A stretch of 39,351 bases of DNA. Origin: Crocinitomicaceae bacterium (GTDB taxonomy: Bacteria; Bacteroidota; Bacteroidia; Flavobacteriales_D; Crocinitomicaceae). The translations under genes were made by a program, and so were the position numbers. How positions within the stretch are numbered: position 1 is the stretch's first letter; each line of letters starts with the position of its first letter. The notes beneath the pieces are model-generated. The model ran no database searches and was not told where the DNA came from. It saw only the letters and a program-made list of their open reading frames with translations. Location: positions 1 to 39,351 of the forward strand of contig JBLHON010000001.1 in NCBI GenBank assembly GCA_047621865.1. The letters are read 5' to 3'. Below are positions 8,624 to 16,516 of the stretch, in pieces.

Positions 8624-9406
8624 ATGGAGTTGAAAGGGAAACATGCACTCGTTTGTGGAAGTACACAAGGAATAGGATTCGCAACTGCTAAATTGATGGC
8701 AGAACGAGGAGCATCGATTACGCTAGTTGCCAGGAATGAGGAAAAACTAATCTCAGCAATGGGCGAATTGGCTTCGTCTGAGGGTCAGTCTCACGGAATT
8801 CTTGTAGCTGATTTTTCAAAGCCAGATGGTCTAAAACAGGCAATTGATGGCTATGTAGCTGCAGGAAACCGACCTAATATATTGGTTAACAACACGGGTG
8901 GACCAAAAGGTGGGCCAATAATTAAGGCAGATGTTTCTGAATTCTTATCTGCATTTAATCAACATTTGATCTGCAGTCATATCTTGGTTCAGGCTCTCTA
9001 CCCAATGATGGCAGAAGATGGTTTTGGAAGAATCGTTAATGTGATTTCAACAAGCGTAAAGCAGCCCTTGAATAATTTGGGTGTTTCCAATACAATTCGT
9101 GGAGCTGTTGCCAATTGGAGCAAGACACTGTCAAATGAATTAGGTCAATTTAATATTACAGTGAATAATGTACTTCCGGGGGCGACCAATACCGGTAGAT
9201 TAAATAGTATTGCTGAAACAAAAGCGAGTAAATCAGAGCAAACTGTTGATGAGGTACTGAGCGACATGGCGAAACTTTCTCCTATGCAACGAATTGCTGA
9301 GCCAGAAGAGGTTGCTGAAGCAATTGCATTTCTTGCCTCAGATCGCGCATCCTATATTAATGGAATCAACGTCCCAGTTGATGGTGGTAGAACGAAATCA
9401 CTTTAG
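8624..9406 (+). CDS. Short-chain dehydrogenase/reductase family protein (FabG-like fold, atypical active site)
   Basis: The Gly-rich motif VCGSTQGIG, the NNTG motif and the PG motif (VLPGATNTG) are present. In the by-eye alignment to FabG, the YxxxK position reads S-NTI-R. Confidence 0.9.
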   Translation: MELKGKHALVCGSTQGIGFATAKLMAERGASITLVARNEEKLISAMGELASSEGQSHGILVADFSKPDGLKQAIDGYVAAGNRPNILVNNTGGPKGGPIIKADVSEFLSAFNQHLICSHILVQALYPMMAEDGFGRIVNVISTSVKQPLNNLGVSNTIRGAVANWSKTLSNELGQFNITVNNVLPGATNTGRLNSIAETKASKSEQTVDEVLSDMAKLSPMQRIAEPEEVAEAIAFLASDRASYINGINVPVDGGRTKSL

Positions 9407-9467
9407 GGCACTCAGCACTAAATAAAGATTGGGAAATTCTCGAAATTCGTATAGAAGTCTCGTGTGA

Positions 9468-11843
9468 TTAACGAAGCACGTTTACGTGACCTGGGATCAT
9501 TTTTTTTCTTCCTGAATTTGTCAGGAATTCAATCTTATAGGTGTACGTTCCATCCTGCGATATGTTCCCATTATAGGTGCCGTCCCAGACAAAGTCAAGC
9601 TCATTAGAAGAGAATACAATTTGTCCCCAGCGATTGAAAATTGCAATACTGAGTTCTTGAATTCCAACTGTGCTTGCTCTGAAATCATTATTGAAACGAT
9701 TACCGTCTGGTGTGAAGGTGTTTGGAACATAGATGTACCATTCCTCTTCAATATCAATTGGTTTCGAAATCGTATCAGTACATCCTTTATCATCTGTAGC
9801 AATCAATGTCACAACATAATATCCAGGATCAGAATAGGTGTTACTTGGGTGCACGAATGTCGATGAATTAAAGTCACCAAAATCCCACTCGTAAGTCGCT
9901 CCATTAATCGTTAAATTTTGAAACTGAATTGGAAGATTGTTGAATATCGTTTCACTCGTGATCGTGAAGTTCGCAATCGGATGAATCACAGTAACATTAG
10001 TTGTACCTTCAACAGTAAATGTCTGACATTCATCTGAAACAAGCACCCTGTAAGTCGTCACACCATCGTTTGCTGGATGTACCCAAACAAATTGAGTTGT
10101 TTCAGCACTGTGTGGCCACAGGTAGAAATAATTCCCGAATCCTCCACTTGCCGTTACACCAATCAAGACTGAATCGCCCGGGCAGATTTCAACATCTGGT
10201 GTCATTTCCAATGTCAAAGGTGGACTAGTAATCGTATAAACAATAGTCTCTGTTGCTGTATTCCCACAATTATCTGTTACCGTGATCGTATAGGTTGTAG
10301 ATGTTGACGGGAGAACATCAATTGTCGAGTCTGTACCTAGATCGGGCTCGAAGTTTGAGGACCATTGATACGTGTAATTTCCTGAACCACCAACTGGATT
10401 TGCTTCCAAGGTAGCTGCAACGAAAGGACAGATTTCTGTAATGTCAGCTGTCTCGTTCAATGTTAATGGTGGCAAAACGGGTACAATAATGTCTATGTCA
10501 TCAATTGCTGTTTCGCCGAGACAATCATCCGTAACTTGCACTGAATAGTTTGTTGTACCAAGTGGCGTTACTGTAATTGTTGGAGTTGTTGCTCCCGTAC
10601 TCCATAAGAATGTATATGGCGGCGATCCTCCTGAAGGAGTTGCAGTAAGTGTAATTGTTTCACCAGGGCAATTTATTTGACCCCCCGTAATTTCTACTTC
10701 AACTGGTTGAACATCTTCAATATAAATTGTCAATTCAAGTGGGTTTGAATTTCCACATGGATCGAGGATAGGTAAGGTGATAATCACTGATTCTTGACCT
10801 TCCACAATTCCATCTTGAAGTGCATCAAAAGAGAATGTAACGATTTGAACTCCCGCTGGGAATGTCACTGAATTTGGAATATTTGTATAATCTGTTCCTT
10901 CAATTGCCGTTCCACCAAGAATGATTGGAATCGTCATTGGAGTAGCTAAGTTGTTCGTTCCGCGTTCTAGTGTTACTGTGGTAGAAACACATCCCTCAGC
11001 CATAATGTTTGGATCATTGAAGACATTTTGCGTCATCTGATGTGACATCTCAACTGGCGTTTTGGACGACAAGCTATTTGCTTCTAGGAAAATCCCTGAA
11101 TCATAAAAAGGATCACCAGCATCAGCAATTGCGATAATTAAATGATAGGTCTCACCACACTGAACTTCAGATTCTGCAGTGAGTACTCTTGTAAATCCGT
11201 CGTATTGAATATAATTAGGTGATCCATTTTGTGGCGCCGTGCTTCCATCTCCATTGTTTACGAAAAAGCCAGGATTTGATCCAGCATTTACGTTATCAAT
11301 CGAAACCGTTTGTCCACTTGGTAATTTTGCAATATTCTGCATCCCAGAAATCCCTGGGCCAGAAATAAAGAAGGCAAAGACATCGTTAAATCCTGCGTTG
11401 ACATATTCTGGGTATTCTTCAGAGCCAAATACATAATTGAAGCTCACACTATCAGAGTAAGGAACAAAATCAAATTCGAGAATAGCCGCGTTAAAAGTTC
11501 CTGAAGTACCAACAATATTTGTTAGAAGACTAAAACCAGGTCGTCCATTATCCATTCCTGCATTGGCTGAATTATTTGGTCCATGAGGACCTGCACCTCC
11601 TTGATTAAGGACAGTTCCAGTTGTCATAACCACACCAGAGGCAAGTCCTACGTTACAATTTGTTCCGTCAAATGAACCAATTGCGGTGGGTGCACCATTG
11701 TATGAAATGTTGGAGACCGTTACGCCAGAACCGAGTAAAACATTTTGAACCAATGCATCAGGAGCTTGTACACTCGTCACCAAGCCTTGTCCTATGGAAA
11801 TCCATGGAAGCAAAAGCAATGATATGGTCGTTAGTAATCTCAT
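9468..11843 (-). CDS. Secreted multidomain protein (choice-of-anchor-L-like N-domain, Calx-beta-like, three Cys-flanked Ig-like repeats, PKD) with T9SS type-B C-terminal domain
   Basis: The ATG at 11843 gives signal peptide MRLLTTISLLLLPWISIGQ; the track start 11855 is TTG. GTDYTNIPNSVTFPAGVQIVTFSFDALQDGIVEGQE is Calx-beta-like. Three repeats fit CPG..(T/V)L.A..SGG.(P/N)Y.(F/Y).W. WDFGD...YSDPGYYVVTLIATDDKGC is PKD-like. The terminal block is YVPNTFTPDGNRFNNDF..NRWGQIVF..WDGTYNG..DGTYTYKI. Confidence 0.85.
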   Translation of the reverse strand: MRLLTTISLLLLPWISIGQGLVTSVQAPDALVQNVLLGSGVTVSNISYNGAPTAIGSFDGTNCNVGLASGVVMTTGTVLNQGGAGPHGPNNSANAGMDNGRPGFSLLTNIVGTSGTFNAAILEFDFVPYSDSVSFNYVFGSEEYPEYVNAGFNDVFAFFISGPGISGMQNIAKLPSGQTVSIDNVNAGSNPGFFVNNGDGSTAPQNGSPNYIQYDGFTRVLTAESEVQCGETYHLIIAIADAGDPFYDSGIFLEANSLSSKTPVEMSHQMTQNVFNDPNIMAEGCVSTTVTLERGTNNLATPMTIPIILGGTAIEGTDYTNIPNSVTFPAGVQIVTFSFDALQDGIVEGQESVIITLPILDPCGNSNPLELTIYIEDVQPVEVEITGGQINCPGETITLTATPSGGSPPYTFLWSTGATTPTITVTPLGTTNYSVQVTDDCLGETAIDDIDIIVPVLPPLTLNETADITEICPFVAATLEANPVGGSGNYTYQWSSNFEPDLGTDSTIDVLPSTSTTYTITVTDNCGNTATETIVYTITSPPLTLEMTPDVEICPGDSVLIGVTASGGFGNYFYLWPHSAETTQFVWVHPANDGVTTYRVLVSDECQTFTVEGTTNVTVIHPIANFTITSETIFNNLPIQFQNLTINGATYEWDFGDFNSSTFVHPSNTYSDPGYYVVTLIATDDKGCTDTISKPIDIEEEWYIYVPNTFTPDGNRFNNDFRASTVGIQELSIAIFNRWGQIVFSSNELDFVWDGTYNGNISQDGTYTYKIEFLTNSGRKKMIPGHVNVLR

Positions 11844-11989
11844 TCTATAGTACAAAGACGTAAAAATAATTAAAACGTTTGCCCAAACCGATACAAATTT
11901 TAAGCCAACATTCCATATTATAGTTTGTTAACGAATGAAATCACAATTTATTTGCTGGAATCCTATTAAATCGTGAGTTTTGCACCAGC

Positions 11990-12829
11990 ATGAACTGGTT
12001 CCGTAAAATAAGCAATAGACTTCGTACTACCATAAAGTATTCTGCTTCAAATCCTAAAAACTTTGAAGAGGTTTGGAGTTTTCAGAGCAATACAATTCGT
12101 CTGATTAGTTTAATCGTAATTATTTTCATTGTTATAGGTGGACTTTCTGTGTATCTATTTTCGGGCCCTCTTTCAGGTCTAGTGGGCGATACCTCAATAA
12201 AACGCTCGCAACTCGAAGATCAAAAAATTCTCATAGAGGAGTTGAATTCGAAGGTTGAATACCAAGAGAAATACATCGAAAATATTCGAATGATATTATC
12301 TGGAGAAGTTCCTGTGAACATAGAAAATGACTCTATCATTGAAATGCACGAAGTTGATCTGGATAAATTAAAAACACACATCACGAAACCAGAATCCAAA
12401 CTTTCTAAGGAAGTTAGAAATGATCTTAGCACGCCAGCAGGAAACAAAGATGTCAGTTTGACCTATTTTGGCAGTCCAATTACCGGGGTTATTAGCCAAA
12501 AGTTTAATGCAAAGGTTCATCCGGGAATTGACGTTGTTTCCGCAAAAGACACACCTGTTAAAGCATGCCTTGGAGGAACTGTACTCTATTCAGGTTATAC
12601 GAGAAAGGATGGATACATTCTCATTATTGGACATGCTGGCGAGTTCGTCTCTGTCTACAAGCACAACAAGACTGTATTAAAGAAACTGGGGAGTAAAGTA
12701 CAGCTTGGAGATCCAATTGCGATTATAGGGAATACGGGAGAAAACACAGATGGCCCGCATCTTCATTTCGAATTATGGTACAATCAAACGCCTGTTAATC
12801 CATCTGACTACATCAAGTTTACTCGTTAA
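11990..12829 (+). CDS. M23 family (LytM-type) metallopeptidase with N-terminal TM helix and coiled coil
   Basis: HPGIDV ... GNTGENTDGPHLHFELW are the HxxxD and HxH zinc motifs of M23 peptidases. The N-terminal helix is LISLIVIIFIVIGGLSVYLF. Confidence 0.85.
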   Translation: MNWFRKISNRLRTTIKYSASNPKNFEEVWSFQSNTIRLISLIVIIFIVIGGLSVYLFSGPLSGLVGDTSIKRSQLEDQKILIEELNSKVEYQEKYIENIRMILSGEVPVNIENDSIIEMHEVDLDKLKTHITKPESKLSKEVRNDLSTPAGNKDVSLTYFGSPITGVISQKFNAKVHPGIDVVSAKDTPVKACLGGTVLYSGYTRKDGYILIIGHAGEFVSVYKHNKTVLKKLGSKVQLGDPIAIIGNTGENTDGPHLHFELWYNQTPVNPSDYIKFTR

Positions 12830-14663
12830 CTCCCTGCAAGGAAGAGAGGCGATAATAGAATGCTTTGAGTTCCATAAGCTCTGTATGAGTTCCAGTTTCG
12901 ATAATCTCACCTTTTGATAATACAATGATCGTATCTGCATTTCGAATGGTGCTCAAACGATGGGCTATCACCAAACTCGTTCGATCCTTCATTAAATTAT
13001 CAAGTGCTCCTTGAACCAAATGTTCAGATTCTGTGTCGAGTGCAGATGTGGCTTCATCCAGAATTAGAATTGGAGGGTTTTTTAATACTGCTCGGGCAAT
13101 ACTCATTCGTTGACGCTGTCCACCAGAAAGTTTATTTCCTCGCTCACCAATGTTGGTATCATACCCATTTTCAAGATTCATGATGAACTCATGGGCATTC
13201 GCAATTTTTGCAGCTTGAATGATTGATTCTTTCGAAGACTCTAACATTCCAAATGCGATATTCTCATTCACTGTCGCATTAAACAGGATCGATTCTTGTG
13301 ATACAATTCCTATTTGCTGACGAAGATTATCTGCTGCTGTTTGCTTGATGTCTACACCATCATAGGTTATTGAACCTTCTTGAACGTCATAAAAGCGGGG
13401 CAAAAGATCGGCAATTGTCGATTTTCCACTGCCAGACTCTCCAACTAGAGCAATCGTTTTTCCAACAGGAATCTTGAAAGAAATATTCTTTAGGACATTT
13501 TCCTCTTGATACCGAAATGTTACGTTGTTGAATGCGACTTCCTTGGCGAGATCCGTTAAAAGTGTAGGATTTTCAACGTCGTGAATTTTCTCATCAGTAT
13601 TCAAAATATCATTGATTCGATCTTGCGATGCTTTCGCTTTATTCATGTTTGCCATCGACTGTGCAATCCCTTGTATTGGACGAAGTAGTTGAGAAAATAC
13701 AATTATAAAGGCTACGAAATGAGAACCATCAAATCCGGTTGAGTTCGTTGAATCGAGAATCAGAGAGCCACCATACCAAACGATACTGAGCATCACGATA
13801 GCACCGACTGTTTCGTTCAATGGCGATGAAAGGTCGCGCTTACGAAATGCCTTCGTGATGAGTTTTTGATGCTTGAGATTTTCGTGCTTGAAAGAATCGG
13901 TGACCTGTTTTGAGGCATTAAACGCTTTAATGATTCGAATTCCACTGAGTGTTTCTTCGATAATCGAGATCACTAATCCCATTTGCTCCTGACCTTGTTT
14001 GGCCGTTCTTTTAAGACTCTTCCCGATAACTGAAATAATGAGTGCGGTAAGCGGCAGAAGAATAATCGAGAAGAGTGTGAGTTCTGGACTCCAGTGAATT
14101 AGCAATGCGAGATGTATCGCTATTGAAAGTGGCTCCCTGAAAACGAGTTCGAGCATAGAAACTACGGCATTCTCGATCTCACCGACATCCCCTTGCATCC
14201 GCGACATCAAATCTCCTTTGCGTTCATCTGTATAATAGGATAATGGTAATCTGAGTGACTTTACATAAAGAGCATCCCTCAAATCTCGCACCACCGACAT
14301 TCGCAATTGCGACTGAAACCAGATGGCTCCATAGCGCGAAATGTTCTTCAGAAAGAAGGTAATAGCAACGGAAAAGCACACGAATAATAGTGCGCCCATT
14401 GGATCAGAATTAGACATTTCCTGCATCGTGTACTCGAAACTTTCGCCACAATATTTGATGAACCCAGAAAAACCTCCGTTGTAAATAGGCTCTATCAATA
14501 CTTCTGCCGTATCGTCTTTAACGAATATAATTTGAAGAAATGGTACGAATAAGGCAAACGTTAGAAGATTAAAGATTACATACAAGATATTACAGACAAT
14601 CGTAATGATTGCTAATGCCCTGTACTTAAAAGTGTATCTAAAAATTTCGCGAATTCCCTTCAT
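12819..14663 (-). CDS. ABC transporter, fused permease/ATPase (MsbA-like exporter)
   Basis: Six-TM domain, then Walker A GESGSGKST, signature LSGGQRQR and Walker B ILILDEATSALD. I chose the ATG at 14663 (MKGIREIFRYTF...). The track start 14735 would overlap the divergent rbfA start and promoter. Confidence 0.9.
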   Translation of the reverse strand: MKGIREIFRYTFKYRALAIITIVCNILYVIFNLLTFALFVPFLQIIFVKDDTAEVLIEPIYNGGFSGFIKYCGESFEYTMQEMSNSDPMGALLFVCFSVAITFFLKNISRYGAIWFQSQLRMSVVRDLRDALYVKSLRLPLSYYTDERKGDLMSRMQGDVGEIENAVVSMLELVFREPLSIAIHLALLIHWSPELTLFSIILLPLTALIISVIGKSLKRTAKQGQEQMGLVISIIEETLSGIRIIKAFNASKQVTDSFKHENLKHQKLITKAFRKRDLSSPLNETVGAIVMLSIVWYGGSLILDSTNSTGFDGSHFVAFIIVFSQLLRPIQGIAQSMANMNKAKASQDRINDILNTDEKIHDVENPTLLTDLAKEVAFNNVTFRYQEENVLKNISFKIPVGKTIALVGESGSGKSTIADLLPRFYDVQEGSITYDGVDIKQTAADNLRQQIGIVSQESILFNATVNENIAFGMLESSKESIIQAAKIANAHEFIMNLENGYDTNIGERGNKLSGGQRQRMSIARAVLKNPPILILDEATSALDTESEHLVQGALDNLMKDRTSLVIAHRLSTIRNADTIIVLSKGEIIETGTHTELMELKAFYYRLSSLQGVNE

Positions 14664-14721
14664 AGAGCCTACAAAGATAAGTTTTGTTTTCCGTAGAAAC
14701 ATAACCTGGGAATCAAATCCG

Positions 14722-14729
14722 TATTTTTG
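14722..14729 (+). promoter_or_regulatory. Bacteroidota -7 promoter motif TAnnTTTG (TATTTTTG) for rbfA
   Basis: Exact match to TAnnTTTG, ending 4 nt before the rbfA ATG. This implies a leaderless or near-leaderless mRNA. Confidence 0.45.
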
Positions 14730-14733
14730 CACC

Positions 14734-15069
14734 ATGAGTTCGATTAGACAGAGCAGAGTAGAGGAAGTAGTTCGTGAAGAATTATCGGTTTTTTTTCAGC
14801 GCCACGCACGTGATATTTGTTTGGGAGCAATGGTAACTGTGACAGTAGTTCGCGTAACACCAGACTTGTCTAGTGCGCGGGTTTACATGAGTGTTTTCGC
14901 TGGGCCAGACAAGAAGGAAGTGTTGCATAATATTCAAGTAAATTCGTCGAAAATCCGCAGAGAAGTGGGTAAAAGACTAAAGAATATGAAGAAAATCCCA
15001 GAGCTATCATTTCATATTGATGATTCTCTGGATTATGCGAATGAAATTGATGCACTTCTAAAAAAGTAA
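14734..15069 (+). CDS. rbfA: Ribosome-binding factor A
   Basis: MSSIRQSRVEEVVREELSVFFQR..VTVVRVTPDLSSARVYMSVF is the typical RbfA N-terminal pattern. The ATG at 14734 was chosen over the long track ORF start. Confidence 0.85.
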   Translation: MSSIRQSRVEEVVREELSVFFQRHARDICLGAMVTVTVVRVTPDLSSARVYMSVFAGPDKKEVLHNIQVNSSKIRREVGKRLKNMKKIPELSFHIDDSLDYANEIDALLKK

Positions 15070-15083
15070 TTATAAATGATCGC

Positions 15084-15194
15084 TTGTCACTTCGAGTGTT
15101 CTGCTTTTGCAGAATGTATCGAGAAGGACAATTTTTCAATAATCCAAGCGCCTTCGTCGAAGCTTCAGCGAAGGAGCATAATCCAATAATCCAA
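15084..15194 (+). repeat. Composite intergenic repeat, copy A (flank-hairpin-flank module, GAAGCTT-loop hairpin, TAATCCAA repeats)
   Basis: TTGTCACTTCGAGT + hairpin TTCTGC/TTTT/GCAGAA + TGTATCGAGAAGGACAATTTT, then TAATCCAA. Next comes hairpin CCTTCG-tcGAAGCTTcag-CGAAGG, then TAATCCAA TAATCCAA. It shares flanks and architecture with 25040-25230. Confidence 0.7.
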
Positions 15195-15201
15195 TCAGAC
15201 T

Positions 15202-16431
15202 ATTAACGTTCCATTTTACATAGCACGTCGTTACCTTTCCTCAAAGCGGAAGAAGAATGTAATTAACTGGATTACGCGAATTTCTGTGATCGGAATTGCC
15301 TCAATTACTGCTGCACTTATCATTCTATTATCTGCCTTTAACGGGATAGAAAAGATGATTGAGGACCTATATTCAGAATACGATACAGACATCACAATTC
15401 GTGCGAAAAACATAAAAACATTTAACGAAGAGCGTGTTGATTTTAAGAAATTACAGGCAATAAAAGGTGTTGTAGATTACTCAAGAGCAGTAGAAGAAGT
15501 CGTAATTCTTAAGCATGAGAATAAATGGGTGAACACCAAGTTGGTGGGTGTGGACGAAAGTTTTCTAAAGATGACGAATATGAGTAATCATATGGTGCAA
15601 CGTGGGGGAGAAGCAGTGCTTCAGAAGGACACATTAGATTTCGGAATTATTGGCGCTACACTCTTGGATAAACTTGGGGGTTATCTGCCCGAGAATGTTG
15701 GTTATGAAACGGTCGTCTGCTATGTGCCAAAACGGAAGATTAAGGTTGGTTTTGGACAAAATCCATTTAGAACTCAATCAATTCGTATTGCAGGTAAAAT
15801 GAATTACAATCGAGAAGTGAATGTCGAGAACTTCATTATCCCTCTCGCACTTTCTCAAGAAATGATGGGCTATAAAGGTCAGATTTCAGCGATTTATATT
15901 GACGTGAATGAGTCCTATGATAACGAGGATGTAAAAACGGAAATTCAAGCTCAGCTGGGTGATGATTTTGAAGTGAAGACAAACTTTGAGAAAAACGAAC
16001 TGATTTATAAAACAAGTCGAACAGAGAAATTAATCGTTCTCTTTATTCTTCTTTTCATCTTCATTCTTGCTGCCTTCAATTTAGTTGCATCATTAACCAT
16101 GCTCTTTGTCGAAAAACTGGCAAACATTAAGACGATGCAAAGTTATGGGGCGAATAAGCAGTTTATCTTTAAAATATTTTTCCTCGAAGGAATGCTTATT
16201 GCTGGCAAAGGAATTTTATTCGGAACATTGATTGGCTATGTTATTTGTTTCGCCCAGATTCAATTAGAGTTATTGACGATGCCCAATTCTGGTGGTGAAC
16301 CCTTCCCAATTACAATTTCATGGATGGATGGTCTGCTAATTATCTCGCTCGTTTCAATACTCAGTATTCTCTTTAGCTATTTCCCTGTGAAGTACCTCAT
16401 TTACAAGAATGTTTCCGACAAACTTAAGTAG
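15202..16431 (+). CDS. LolC/LolE-like FtsX-family ABC transporter permease, probable non-canonical ATT start
   Basis: The C-terminal FtsX domain has 3 TM helices, and a large extracytoplasmic domain follows TM1. The conserved family N-terminus (I)NVPFYIARRYLSSKRKKNVINWITRIS is encoded in frame upstream of the track GTG (15286). There is no ATG/GTG/TTG after the in-frame TAA at 15187. Confidence 0.75.
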   Translation: MNVPFYIARRYLSSKRKKNVINWITRISVIGIASITAALIILLSAFNGIEKMIEDLYSEYDTDITIRAKNIKTFNEERVDFKKLQAIKGVVDYSRAVEEVVILKHENKWVNTKLVGVDESFLKMTNMSNHMVQRGGEAVLQKDTLDFGIIGATLLDKLGGYLPENVGYETVVCYVPKRKIKVGFGQNPFRTQSIRIAGKMNYNREVNVENFIIPLALSQEMMGYKGQISAIYIDVNESYDNEDVKTEIQAQLGDDFEVKTNFEKNELIYKTSRTEKLIVLFILLFIFILAAFNLVASLTMLFVEKLANIKTMQSYGANKQFIFKIFFLEGMLIAGKGILFGTLIGYVICFAQIQLELLTMPNSGGEPFPITISWMDGLLIISLVSILSILFSYFPVKYLIYKNVSDKLK

Positions 16432-16516
16432 AATCCATTTTCAGTCCGCGCAATTACAACACCCAAATTCATAGATTGAATTATCTTCACATTTCAAAAT
16501 CGAGAAATCACGCAAG

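Noticed and set aside
12819-12829. 11-nt overlap of the convergent M23 peptidase and ABC exporter 3' ends
   Set aside because: Short convergent overlaps of stop-proximal codons are common in compact genomes. There is no evidence for anything more.
14664-14735. N-terminal extension of the ABC exporter ORF (MVQKYGFDSQVMFLRKTKLIFVGS)
   Set aside because: It would overlap the divergent rbfA start codon and its promoter motif. The internal ATG at 14663 gives the usual basic N-terminus before TM1.
14870-15139. 89-aa minus-strand ORF overlapping the rbfA 3' end and repeat copy A
   Set aside because: It is antisense to the well-supported rbfA gene and extends through the repeat element. It has no signal or motif.
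16499-16506. ATCGAGAA upstream of the 16517 gene, as a possible third copy of the flank-hairpin-flank module
   Set aside because: Only the 8-mer matches, which is about what chance predicts. The TTCGAGT flank and the hairpin are absent.
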